A stretch of 64,000 nucleotides of DNA, from assembly GCA_028826165.1 (NCBI GenBank), contig JAPDFW010000147.1:496001-560000 (forward strand), read 5' to 3'. Of this stretch, positions 35,534 through 48,728 are shown piece by piece. The stretch is from Anaeramoeba ignava BMAN. Its lineage: Eukaryota; Protista; Anaeramoebae. Within the stretch, counting starts at the first letter, position 1; every line of letters begins with the position of its first letter. The position numbers and the translations under genes are program-made. A model generated the notes under the pieces. That model was not told the DNA's origin. It did no database searches and saw nothing but the letters and a program-made list of their open reading frames with translations.

Positions 35534-38500
35534 ATGAACAATAGAAAACAAATTAGTGTTAAAAATTACCAAGAAAATCAAAATCAAAATCAAAATCAAA
35601 ATCAAAATCAAAATCAAAATCAAAATCAAAATCAAAATCAAAATCAAAATGAAAATCAAAATCAAAATCAAAATCAAAATCAAAATCAAAATCAAAATGA
35701 AAATGAAAATCAAAATCAAAATCAAAATCAAAATCAAAATCAAAATCAAAATCAAAATGAAAATGAAAATCAAAATGAAAATCAAAATCGAAAATGAAAA
35801 TGAAAATCAAAATCAAAATTTAAATCAAAATCAAAATCAAAATCAAAATCAAAATCAAAATCAAAATGAAAATGAAAATCAAAATGAAAATCAAAATGAA
35901 AATCAAAATCAAAATCAAAATCAAAATTTAAATCAAAATCAAAATGAAAATCAAAATCAAAATCAAAATCAAAATCAAAATCAAAATCAAAATCAAAATC
36001 AAAATCAAAATGAAAATCAAAATGAAAATCAAAATCAAAATCAAAATGAAAATGAAAATCAAAATGAAAATCAAAATCAAAATCAAAATCAAAATCAAAA
36101 TCAAAATCAAAATCAAAATCAAAATGAAAATGAAAATCAAAATGAAAATCAAAATCAAAATCAAAATCAAAATCAAAATCAAAATCAAAATCAAAATCAA
36201 AATGAAAATCAAAATCAAAATGAAAATCAAAATCAAAATCAAAATCAAAATCAAAATCAAAATCAAAATCAAAATGAAAATCAAAATGAAAATGATAATC
36301 AAAATCAAAATCAAAATCAAAATGAAAATCAAATTCAAAAATCAAACCAAATTCAAAATCAAATTGAACAAACACTAACTATTATTAAAACAGATCAAAA
36401 ATTCCAAACTTCATTTCTTTTAACAATACATAATTTTAAAGAAGAAAGTCATAAATACCAAAAAATAGCAAGTCCAATATTTGGAACAAATGACTCTTAT
36501 TATTCTGTTTTAGTATTTCCAAATGGATTAACAGGAAATGGATCATTATCATTATTTTTAAGAATTGAAAAAATTGATAATACATTAAAAAAATGGCAAA
36601 AATATTGCACATTTGAATTTGCAATTATTGATAAATCAACAAGCAAAATTATTGCAAACAAAAGTATTTAGCAAAAACTTAATTTTATTATTTTAATTTA
36701 AAATTTAAACCAAACAAATTTGATTGAATTTTAAATTTCCTCATTTCAATTTTTTTCCCTTTTTTGATTCAAATTTTATAATCAAGGTTCACATCATATT
36801 TTTACTAAAGATAATGTTGAATGGGGATTCAGAAATATTATTAATGAAGAAAAATTCGAAAAACTTTTAATTAAAAACGGAGGAGAATTATTAATTAAAA
36901 TTCATTTATCAACTCAAAAAGATATCTATTATGAACAATGGATGATTTCTAAGTATTAAAATTAAAATTAAAATTAAAATTAAAATTCAATTTAAAATTA
37001 AAATTAAAATTAAAATTCATTTTGAATTTAAAATTAAAATTTAATTTAAAATCAAAAATTAAAATTCATTTATAAAATTAAAATTAAATTCAGTTATGAT
37101 TCAAAGCTTGAAACAGGATTTGTTGGTATTAAACCGAAAAAACGATATTTATTTTGCAATTCTTTAATTCAAACATTATTTCATATTGGGTTATTTCGAA
37201 AATTATTGTTTGAGGAATTCAAAATTGATCCAATAAAACCTTTTAATCAACAAAAAGAAAATGGAGATTCTACACGTTTTGAAAAGTTTTTTCTTGAATT
37301 ACAAACTGTTTTTTCTCAACTTCAAACATCTGAAACAAGAATTAGTACAAAAGATTTAACACGTTCATTACGAATAGAAGGATTAGATGTTAAATTAAGA
37401 TATGAACCAAATGAATTTCAAAGATATGTCTTCTTTGTTCTTGAAAATCTATCTAATGTATAAATTATAAAATATTTAAAATATTAAATTATAAAATATT
37501 TAAATTATAAATTATTTAAATTATTAAATATTTAAATTATAAATTATTTAAATTATAAAATATTTAAATTATAAAATATTTAAATTATAAAATATTTAAA
37601 TTATAAAATATTTAAATTATTTAAATTATAAAATATTTAAATTATTTAAATTATAAAATATTTAAATTATAAAATATTTAAATTATAAAATATTTAAATT
37701 ATAAAATATTTAAATTATAAAATATTTAAATTATAAAATATTTAAATTATAAAATATTTAAATTATAAAATATTTAAATTATAAATTATTTAAATTATTT
37801 AAAATATTTAAATTATAAAATATTTAAATTATAAAATATTTAATTATAAAAAATATTTATAAAATTTAAAATTATTAAATATTTAAATTATAAAATATTT
37901 AAATTATAAAATATTTAAATTATAAAATATATAAATTATAAAATATTTAAATTATAAATTATTTAAATTATAAAATATTTAAATTATAAAATATTTAAAT
38001 TATAAAATATTTAAATTATAAAATATTTAAATTATTAAATATTTAAATTAGAAATTCGATTTCGAAAATGATTTTCTAAGTCTCTTTCGTGGTGAATTTA
38101 TTGAACACCAAATTTCTTTACAAGAAAAAGATAATAACCAATTAAGAAAAAAGAAATTTTATGAAATCCCTCTTGAAATTGAAGGATGTCAAGATGTTTA
38201 TCAATCATTAGATAAATTTTTTTAATAATAATAATAATAATGTAAATAATTTTTCTTGTTTTTTTTCATTAAAACTAATTCAAACAAAAAATTTTATGAA
38301 TTTATTTATGAATTTATTATTTTATTAGGATCAAACATCAAATCAAAATATAAAACGTCAGTTAGAATTACTTCCTCCTATTTTAACTTTATCTCTTAAT
38401 AGATTTGATTACGATACAGAAAATGAAGCTATTTATAAAATTGATGATTATTTTCAATATCATTTTTCAATTAATTTATCAAATTATGTTGATAAAAACA

Positions 38501-41421
38501 AAAAATTTGAAAAGGAACAAACAAATTATGTTTTATATTCGTATAATTTAGATAAAATTCAAAAAAAAAAAATATAAAAGAAAAATTTAATAATTCAAAT
38601 AAATAATAAAAAAATCAAGTGTTTTTGTTCATGAAGGAAGTGCTCGTTCTCGTAAATTTTTCATTTATTTAAAACCACGAAAAGATAAATCATGGTTTAA
38701 ATTTGAGGATCATATTATCACAAAAGCAAAGGAGCAAGATATTTTAGAACCAAATTTTGGAGGAACAAAACACAAAAAAAATCCAAATTCACTTTTTTCT
38801 CAAATGATTAAAAAATTATCAACTTGTGCATGTAAATAATTTTTAAATTTTAAATTAAATTAAAATATTTGATTTAAATTTAAAATATTTGATTTAAATT
38901 TAAAATATTTGATTTTAATTTAAAATATTTGATTTTAATTTAAAATATTTGATTTTAATTTAAAATATTTATTTTAATTTAAAATATTTGATTTTAATTT
39001 AAAATATTTGATTTAAATTTAAAATATTTAATTTTAATTTAAAATATTTGATTTAAATTTAAAATATTTGATTTAAATTTAAAATATTTGATTTAAATTT
39101 AAAATATTTGATTTTAATTTAAAATATTTGATTTAAATTTAAAATATTTATTTTAATTTAAAATATTTGATTTTAATTTAAAATATTTGATTTAAATTTA
39201 AAATATTTAATTTAAATTTAAAATATTTGATTTAAATTTAAAATATTTGATTTAAATTTAAAATATTTGATTTAAATTTAAAATATTTAATTTGTTATAG
39301 ATAAATTAATCTATATTCAAGAAAGTGAACTTGAGAAAATACAGCAAGATGTTACTGAAAATGATATTTCTAAACAATTCCAGAAACACATACAAACATT
39401 TCTTACAAAAAAAAAATCAATTTTAAAAGCAAAACAAGAAAAAGAAGTATTTATTCCATTGAAAATATTAACTGATGATCTGATACACAAAACTAAACAT
39501 CAACACAGAGATATCACAAATTTCAAGATGATAAAACCAAGAAAAATACGCAAAACAACAACTATACTTGAATTGAAACAAATTATTTCAAAAGAACAAA
39601 AAATTCCTCCAGAAAAACAAATTTTGTGGACTTTATGTCGCAGAGAAAATCGCTCAATTCGATTTAGAAAATCAATTTCACAAGAAAAACACAATTCAAC
39701 AACACTCGATAGCATCAAAGAACTTGCAGACGAACTCCCAATTATTTATGTAGAGGAAAGCAAATCTCCTTTAACAAAAATAAATCAAGCTGAACGAAGA
39801 CAAAAATCAATTTTACTTTCTTTTCGTTATTATTCTCCTGAGAAAAAACAAATGTCTTATGTAGGAAGTTATCGAGTGGGTTTGAAAGAGTTGATTTCTT
39901 CAATTATTCCTAAACTTAAAGAATTTCAAAATTTACCTGAAAAAGAAGAAATTATTTTATTTGAAGAAATTTATTCAAAACGAATTGAACTTATTGATAT
40001 TAACAAAACATTTGAAGAATCTGAACTTGTGAGTATTGATACTATAAGAATATAGAATAAGATTTCTATTATTATTATGATGATAATATTATATTAAAAT
40101 TAAAATTCATTTATAAAATTAAAATTAAAATTAAAATTAAAATTCATTTATAAAATTAATTTATAAAATCAAAATTCATTTATAAAATTAAAATTATAAT
40201 TATAATTAGATCTCTGGTGATATTATTTGGTTCCAACAAAATCCTTCAAAAATTAAAGAAGTTTATGAATTTCCTACAATTACACATTATTTCCAATTTA
40301 TCAATAATCATATTATAATTAAATTAAGAGATTTAAGTGAACCACAAAAAACTAAATTTTGGATTCCAATGCTTCTAACAATGACTTATGATGAAGTTTC
40401 TAAAAAAATTGGAGAAACTGTTGGAATTGATCCTGAATATTTAAGATTAGCAACTGTTAATCAGTAAATTAAATTCAAAATTTAAATTAAAAATCATTTA
40501 TAAAATTAAAATTTAAAATTAAAATTAAAATTAAAATTAAAATTAAGTCGAACAAAAAAACCTACAAAAGAAATTCCAAGAAATAAAAATTTAATACTTA
40601 AAGATATGATCTTATTAAAAGATGGAACAAAAAAGAGCAAACAAATTTTTTATTCATCAAGCAACTTTTCTTTTCAAGAACTTGCAACAAAAAATGATAT
40701 ACCATTAGATTATTATACAAAATCAATGAAACATTATCAAACTATTCATATTCTTGTTTCAAAAAATGGAATTTTTGAAGATCTTATGAATGAATTTATT
40801 TCCAAAAATCCATGCAAAATTGAAAATATCGAAAAAAAAGAATTTCGAGTTTTGCAAGTTATAAATTCCAAAATCAAAACAATATTTGATTCTAAAGATA
40901 TTGTACCAAATAATTTAGGAGTTTCATTAAGAATTGAAGAAATTCCAGAATCTCAAAAAGGATTATCTTTTCAAAATATCTTTAAAATTTGTCATTTTTA
41001 TCAAGAATCATCAGGTTTATTCTTTTTTGCTAAACCATTTCTTTTTGAATTGAAAAGTAATTTTGAAATTGTGAAAGAAGCTAAAGAGAGAATTCGTCAA
41101 ATTCTCGAAATTCCTGAACACATTTTTAAAACCTGGAAATTTTATGCTTTAAAAAAGAATAATATTTACTTTAAGCTTCATGGTATAAAATTAAAATTTA
41201 TTTATAAAATTTATTTATAAAATTAAAATTAAAATTAAAATTAAAATTAAAATTCATTTATAAAATTAAAATTAAAATTAGATGATGAATTCATTTATCC
41301 ATTTTTGGAAGTGGGTCAAATTGGAATTATGCATGATTATCAACCAACTAAAAGAGGTCCAATATCTGATAAAGCAAATCGTGCTGCTTTAGATCCACTT
41401 TTTAGAAAATCAAAAATTTAA
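35534..41421 (+). CDS. USP7/Ubp15-like protein (NQ tract, MATH, USP fold, UBL repeats), predicted catalytically inactive; multi-exon
   Basis: MATH (VLVFPNG...LSLFL, SHHIFT...EWGF); YDSKLETGFVGIK...NSLIQTLF; LPPILTLSLNRFDYD; VFVHEG...WFKFED; RRENRSIR; LFEEI...SGDIIWFQ. One frameshift inside the AATCAA tract near 35790. Confidence 0.85.
35575..36330 (+). repeat. (AATCAA/AATGAA)n coding microsatellite (about 250-aa Asn-Gln/Asn-Glu tract)
   Basis: Direct observation. Confidence 0.9.
37460..39290 (+). repeat. Intronic minisatellites in the USP7-like gene: 16-bp AAATTATAAAATATTT (about 37460-38050) and 20-bp AAAATATTTGATTTAAATTT (about 38850-39290)
   Basis: Direct observation. Confidence 0.85.
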
Positions 41422-41618
41422 AAATCAAAGAAATTTATTTTTTTTTTAATCTAATTTTTTCTTTCTTTTCTTTAAAAAATTTTTGGAACAAAACAAAACA
41501 AAACAAAACAAACTTTTTTTTTTTAATTCATTTTTTTTTTCAATTTTTTTAAGGATTAATAAATTAAAATTTATTTCAAATAATTTTTTTTTTGTTCCAC
41601 TTTTTTTTTTTGCTTTTT

Positions 41619-42299
41619 TTAAATAATCATTCTTGTTCTATTTGATAAATCTCTTGAAATCCAAACAATTAAAAAAAACCAAAAAAAAGCGGAAAAAGTT
41701 AAATAATAATTCATCCAAAAAAAACAATGAAAATTTATCAAAAAACCAACAAGAATTCCTGATAAATGACCAATAAAACTTGCTTGAGGGAAAATAAGTT
41801 GAGTAAAAAGTAAAGAGAAAAAAGGAGCAAAAAAAGAAGGAATTTCAAGCAAATTAAAAAAGTGAAAAGTGTCACCAGGAGAATTCAAAAAAAACTGAGT
41901 TTGAAGACCAAATACAACACAAGAATAACCAATTCCATAAAGATTACGATAACGATCTATTCCTTTTTTTGTGATCAAAAAATGATAGATGATCAAAGTG
42001 AGAAAAGATGAACCAATTATTAAGATGAAAATATTTTTGAAATAATTGAATTTATCATTTTCAAGAAATCTTAATTCCCAAAATGAAGTCATATTGAAAA
42101 TTAAATGGAAAATATTTGAATGTGAAAAATGTGATGTTAAAATTCTCCAAAATTCTCCAGAATAAATAATTGTTTCATAACCAAGTCCAACTGTTTCAAA
42201 TGAGATATTATATTCTTTTAAATAAAACCAAACTACACAACAAATTACAATTATAATTGAAGTAAATGGAAAAACTTTAATTTCATCAATAATAGACAT
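41619..42299 (-). CDS. Rhomboid intramembrane serine protease (RHBDD1/RHBDL4-like)
   Basis: WRILTSHFSHSNIFHLIFNM, catalytic GYSC and SFIGHLSG motifs; Ser-His dyad intact. Confidence 0.9.
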   Translation of the reverse strand: MSIIDEIKVFPFTSIIIVICCVVWFYLKEYNISFETVGLGYETIIYSGEFWRILTSHFSHSNIFHLIFNMTSFWELRFLENDKFNYFKNIFILIIGSSFLTLIIYHFLITKKGIDRYRNLYGIGYSCVVFGLQTQFFLNSPGDTFHFFNLLEIPSFFAPFFSLLFTQLIFPQASFIGHLSGILVGFLINFHCFFWMNYYLTFSAFFWFFLIVWISRDLSNRTRMII

Positions 42300-42407
42300 T
42301 TTAATAATAAAAAAAAAATGATTTTAAAAAAATTTTTTCATTTTTTTTCTTTTCTTTATTTTTTTTTTTAAAAACAATTTTTCGATATTTTTTTTTTCTT
42401 TTAAAAA

Positions 42408-44642
42408 ATGTTTAAGAAAAGTAGAACTTTTAGATTACAAAAAGTAAGAAAAAATGATGCACAACAAAAACAATTAGAAGAATATGCTGAAGCAACGTTA
42501 GGAAGTGGGAATTTAAGAAGTGCAGTTACACTTCCTGAAGGAGAAAATCAAAATGAATGGTTTGCTGCTCACAGTATTGTTTCCTTTTAATTTCTTTCTT
42601 TCAAAAAAAAATCATTCAAAAAAAAATATTTAAAAAAATTTTTTTTTATCGTTAATTTATAATTCAATTTAAACATAAATTTATAATTAAATTTATAAAC
42701 AAATTTATAATTAAATTTATAAACAAATTAATAATTAAATATATAAACAAATTAATAAACAAATTTATAAATCAATTTAAACATAAATTTATAATTAAAT
42801 TTATAATTATATTTATAATTATATTTATATTTAAATTTATAATTAAATTTATAATTAAATTTATAATTAAATTTATAATTAAATTTATAATTAAATTTAT
42901 AATTAAATTTATAATTAAATTTATAAACAAATTTATAAACAAATTTATAAATTAAATTTATAAACAAATTTATAAACAAATTTATAAACAAATTTATAAA
43001 CAAATTTATAAACAAATTTATAAACAAATTTATAAACAAATTTATAAACAAATTTATAAACAAATTTATAAACAAATTTATAAACAAATTTATAAACAAA
43101 TTTATAATTAAATTTATAAACAAATTTATAATTAAATTTATAAACAAATTTATAATTAAATTTATAAACAAATTAATAATTAAATTTATAATTAAATTTA
43201 TAAACAAATTAATAATTAAATTTATAAACAAATTTATAATTAAATTTATAAACAAATTTATAATTAAATTTATAATTAAATATGAAATGAAGTTGCTGAT
43301 TTTTTCAATCAAATAAATATGATTTATGGAACAATTACTGAGTTTTGTACACCACAATCTTGCCCTGTAATGACAGCAGGTCCTAAATATGAATATCATT
43401 GGGCAGATGGAGTTACTGTTAAAAAACCAATTAAATTATCAGCACCCGAATATATTGAAAGAATGATGTCTTGGATACAAAAACAAATTGATAATGAAGA
43501 AGTATTTCCAACTGAATTGGGTATTTTTAATAGAGTTTATATTTATATTTATATTTATATTCATATTCATATTTATATTTATATTTATATTTATATTTAT
43601 ATTTATATTTATATTTATAATTATATTTATATTTATATTTATATTTATATTTATATTTATTTATATTTATATTTATATTTATATTTATATTTATATTTAT
43701 ATTTATATTTATATTTATATTTATATTTATAATTTATATTTATATTTATATTTATCATTTTATATTTGGATTTATATATAAACCATATAAATGTTTATAT
43801 TTATATTTTAAGAATGATGTCTTGGATTTTTATATTGATATGAAGAATATTTTTAACTATATTTATTTTTTATATTTATATTTATATTTATATTTTATAT
43901 TTATATTTATATTTATATTTATATTTATATTTATATTTATATTTATATTTATATTTATATTTATATTATATTTATATTATATTTATATTTATATTTTATA
44001 TTTATATTTATATTTATATTTAGTTATATTTATATTTATATTTAGATTTATATTTATATTTATATTTTATATTTATATTTTATATTTATATTTATATTTT
44101 ATATTTATATTTATATTTATATTTTATATTTAGATTTATATTTATATTTATATTTAGATTTATATTTATATTTATATTTATATTTATATTTATATTTATA
44201 TTTATATTTATATTTATATTTATATTTATATTTATATTTATATTTATATTTATATTTATATTTATATTATTTATATTTATATTTATATTTATATTTATAT
44301 TTGATTTTAAATTGATTTCTTTTTTTTTTTAGGAAAACCTTTCCCTAAAAATTTTCCAAGTATTTCAAAAACAATTTTTAAGAGATTGTTTAGAGTTTAT
44401 GGTCATATATATCATCACCACTTTAATCACATATCATTATTAGGCGAAGAAGCTCATTTAAACACTTCTTTTAAACATTTTATCTTTTTTGTGATTGAAT
44501 TCAAGTAATTAATTTCCAAAATTTAAAAAAAAATACATTTTAAATCAAAAATTATTCTTTTTTAACTTTTAGGTTAATTGAAAAAAAAGAAATGATTCCA
44601 TTAAAAGGATTGATAAAAACTTTAGTTAAAAATCAGAAATAA
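42408..44642 (+). CDS. MOB1: MOB kinase activator 1; exons 42408-42573, 43293-43520, 44333-44504, 44573-44642
   Basis: [18 protein letters not shown]...[21 protein letters not shown]...[33 protein letters not shown] and [12 protein letters not shown]. Confidence 0.95.
42650..44300 (+). repeat. Intronic repeats in MOB1: 12-bp AAATTTATAAAC (about 42650-43280) and (ATTTAT)n (about 43535-44300)
   Basis: Direct observation. Confidence 0.85.
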
Positions 44643-44939
44643 TTTTAATCTATTTTAAATTAAAAAGGTAGATGTTAACTCTGAGAAAATTCAAAAAAAA
44701 AAAAAAAAAGAATAAGAGAAAAAGTATTTTTTTTCTTTCAATTTTGAATTGTTTTTTTCTTTTCTTTTCATTTTCTTTTCTCTTCTTTTTTTTTTTAATT
44801 GGAAAACATAAAAAAAATTGAAATTTTATTCAAAAAAAAGAAAGAAAGAAAGAAAGAAATTTGTTTTGATTTTTTGAATTTTGAAAAAAAAAAAAGAAAA
44901 AAAAGTGGAAAATCAAAAAGTGGAATTTTTTTTTTGCTT

Positions 44940-45914
44940 TTAAATTTTCACAATAACGACTGAATTTAAAAGACCTTCTTCTTTCAAAGTTGCATTTTCA
45001 TTAGTTAAAATTTTTTTAGGGAAATTAGTCATTAAAGTAATATTAGAATTCTTCAAATCCAAACGGGACATTTTAATAAAATTAATAACTTCCAAAATAG
45101 AAGAATTTGGATCAAATTTTGAAACAAGTCTTGTTCCATCATGAAGTCTAATTTGAAGATTTGTTTGGTTATCAGATTGAGTAAGATCCAACGGCTTGCT
45201 TTGAACTTGAGGGTTTGAAGGTTGATAGGAAGGTTTTTTCTCGGGTTGATATTGTTTTGTTGTGGATTCAAACCCAAGACGAGCACCAACTCCAGTAAAC
45301 GGTTTTAATTGAGGTGGAGGTTGTTTATAATCTTCACTTTTTTTATCAACAAGTTGAACATCAACGTTAGCTTTCATATTTCCATCGGGAAAGAACTGAT
45401 GAGGTACTTGACCTTTATGCAGGAGTTCGAAGAGTTTCTTGTTTTCAGGAGTGTTGTAGTCTCTAAGGTCTCCATCTTCGATCTGAAAACCGTTTTTCCA
45501 CATTGTCAGTGTTTTAGTCACAATTTCTTTACCATCATCCATACCTGAATTATACATTGGATCCTTGTGGATATCCTGGGCATGTTTAATAAGGCTATCA
45601 GGGATGCTCTTGTTTCCATCATCCATATAGTCTTGAGGATCATAAACTGCAAGTCCGCTTTCTTTCCCGCCAGTGTAGTAAGTTTGACCCCGATCCTGAT
45701 TGGCAAATGGATTCGGTAGTCCTATTACCTTACGATCTGTGTGATGCTCTTTTGGTTCTTTATCTTCTGAATTTTTATATTCGTTTGGGTTTTCCATGTA
45801 GGACTCAATTGCTTCTTGTAATTTATATTTGTGTTTTGTTAAATAATATTTTGCTTGATTTCGATCTCCTCCTGTTATTTCTATGAATTGATTTTCTAAT
45901 GCGGAACCATCCAT
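44940..45914 (-). CDS. NSFL1C: p97/Cdc48 cofactor p47/Shp1 (UBA-SEP-UBX)
   Basis: N-terminal UBA (FIEITGG...A..YL), YTGGKESGLAV, SEP domain (LTMWKNGFQIEDGDLRDY), SHP box FTGVGARLG, UBX (LQIRLHDGTRL...TNFPKK). Confidence 0.92.
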   Translation of the reverse strand: MDGSALENQFIEITGGDRNQAKYYLTKHKYKLQEAIESYMENPNEYKNSEDKEPKEHHTDRKVIGLPNPFANQDRGQTYYTGGKESGLAVYDPQDYMDDGNKSIPDSLIKHAQDIHKDPMYNSGMDDGKEIVTKTLTMWKNGFQIEDGDLRDYNTPENKKLFELLHKGQVPHQFFPDGNMKANVDVQLVDKKSEDYKQPPPQLKPFTGVGARLGFESTTKQYQPEKKPSYQPSNPQVQSKPLDLTQSDNQTNLQIRLHDGTRLVSKFDPNSSILEVINFIKMSRLDLKNSNITLMTNFPKKILTNENATLKEEGLLNSVVIVKI

Positions 45915-46035
45915 TATAAAAATTTGTTTTTGTTTGGAAAGTAAAAATGAAAATGAAAGAAAAAATGAAAGAAAAAATGAAAATTGAAAATGAAAATTAA
46001 AAATGGAACTTTTTTCTTTTAATTTTTTTTTAACT

Positions 46036-46970
46036 TGATTTTAATATAATTATTTCAAAATTTAAATTTAATTTAATAAATAATTTATTTATATTTCATT
46101 ATATAATATATTTTATAAATTAATTTATAAATTAATTATAATTTAAATTAGTTCTAAATTTTTAAATAAATTAAATAAATATTATTTTGATTTTAATATA
46201 ATTATTTCAAAATTTAAATTTAATTTAATAAGTAATTTGTTTATATTTTATTATATAATATATTTTATAAATTAATTTATAAATTAATAATAATTTAAAT
46301 TAATTCCCTAGATTTTTAAATAAATTAATTAAATATTATTTTGATTTTAATATAATTATTTCAAAATTTAAATTTAATTTAATAAATAATTCATTTATAT
46401 TTTATTATACAATATATTTTATAAATTGATTTTTAAATAAATTAAATAAATAATTTAAATTAATTTTTAAATTTTAAATTTAATTTAATAAATAATTCAT
46501 TTATATTTTATTATATAATATATTTTAAAAATTTTAAATTTAATTTAATAAATAATTTATTTATATTTTATTATATAATATATTTTATAAATTAATTTAT
46601 AAATTTTAATTTAATTTAACAAAAATATTAAATTAATATATAATATATTTTTAAAATAAATTATAAATAAATAAATTATTTTAGATTTTTAATATAATTA
46701 TTTCAAATTTAAATTTAATTTAATAAATAATTTATTTATATTTTATTATATAATATATTTTATAAATTAATTTATAAATTAATAATAATTTAAATTAATT
46801 CTAAATTTTTAAATAAATTAAATAAATATTATTTTGATTTTAATATAATTATTTCAAAATTTAAATTTAATTTAATAAATAATTTATTTATATTTTATTA
46901 TATAATATATTTTATAAATTAATTTATAAATTAATAATAATTTAAATTAATTCTAAATTTTTAAATAAAA
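46036..46970. repeat. About 150-bp-unit AT-rich tandem repeat (about 6 degenerate copies)
   Basis: TTGATTTTAATATAATTATTTCAAAATTTAAATTTAATTTAATAA recurs at about 46036, 46187, 46341, 46685 and 46834. Confidence 0.8.
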
Positions 46971-48728
46971 GAAAATAAAAAATAAATTTTCCAAATAGTG
47001 ATCTTTAATAAAAAATTTATATTTTGTAAAAAGAATTAATTACAAAATTAATTATAATAAAATTAGTTAATAATTTAAAATAAATAATTGAAAATTATTA
47101 ATAATTTTCAAAATTTAAATTTTAAAAATTGATCTAATTAAAATTAATTTATAAATTAATTATAATATAAAAATGATCTGAAAAAATTTTAAAATAAAAA
47201 TTTAATTTAAAAATAATTTTATTTAGATAATTTTAAAAGAATTTATTTATAAAATTAATTTTGAAAAATAAAAATAAAAAAGAAACAGTTTTAATAAAAA
47301 TTATTTTGAAACAAAATTTCAAAATAAAAAGAAAATAAAAGAAAAGAAAAATATATAAAAAGAAAAATTTTTCCAAATTAAAAATAAATTAAAAATAAAA
47401 ATTTAAATAAAAAATTAAATTTCATTTTTATTTTTTGAATTTATAAATTAATAATAATTTAAAAATTCTAGATTTTTAAAAAAAGAAAAACAAAACAACA
47501 AAATTGAATACAAAATTGCAAAAATTAATAATAATTTAAAATTGAAAAAAAGAAATATAAAATTTTAAAAATTGTTCTAATTCTGAATCTAAAAATGATC
47601 TGAAAAATTTAAAATAAAAATTTAATTAAAAAATTTTTATTTGATAAGAAAAGTGAATAATTTATATGAAAAATAATGCTTGTGCTGTTTTATAAAAAGA
47701 AGGCAAAACGGAAAAGATAAAAAGAAAAAAAAGAAAAGAAAAGAAAAATTTTTCCAAATAAAAATAAAAAAATAAAATCAAAATCAAAATCAAAATGAAA
47801 ATAAAAAAAAGAAAAAGAAAAACAAAATCAAAATCAAAAATAAAAAAATGGAGAAATTTAAACCTCAAAATACCAGAAAATGAAAAATGTGTCGAGCAAG
47901 AAAAATTCCCTTTGGAGAAAATGAAAATCAAAATTATTGTAAAATTTAAAATGAAAAACAAAATGAAAATGGAAAAAAATCAAAAATCAAAATCAAAATC
48001 AAAAATCAAAATCAAAAAAATCAAAATCAAAATCAAAATCAAAATCAAAATCAAATGAAAATCAAAATGAAAATCAAAAAAATCAAAATCAAAATCAAAA
48101 TCAAAATGAAAATGAAAATCAAAATCAAAATCAAAATCAAATGAAAATCAAAATCAAAATCAAAATCAAAATCAAAATCAAAATCAAAATCAAAATCAAA
48201 ATCAAAATCAAAATCAAAATCAAAATCAAAATCAAAATCAAAATCAAAATCAAAATCAAAATCAAAATCAAAATCAAAATCAAAATCAAAAAAATCAAAA
48301 TCAAAAAAAACTCAAAATGAAAATCAAAAACTCAAATTCAAAATCAAAAATCAAAACAAAACAAAAACAAAAGAAATTCAAAAACAAAAAATCTCTTGAA
48401 AAATCAAAAATCAAAATGAAAAATTTACTCAACCAAAAATAAAGTGAAATGGAAAAAAAAAAAAATCAAATTGAAAAACCAAATCAAATTGAAAACCTAA
48501 TCCAAAATAATAATAAAAATAAAAATAAAAATAAAAAATAAAAATAAAAAAGAAGATTTTGAAGAAAATTCAAAATCAATAAAAACAAAAAATCTATTAA
48601 AAAAAAGAAATATCAAATCAAATTTAAAATTAAAACCAAAACCAAAATTAAAGGCAAAATCAAAATCGCCAGCAGATCCAACAAAGAAAACATTTCAAAA
48701 CATAAACCAACCCATTTCAAAAATATCA

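Noticed and set aside
35534-45914. Functional ubiquitin/p97 gene cluster (USP7-like, rhomboid, p47)
   Set aside because: Orientations are mixed, MOB1 lies in between, and such genes are common in eukaryotic genomes. Proximity alone is not evidence.
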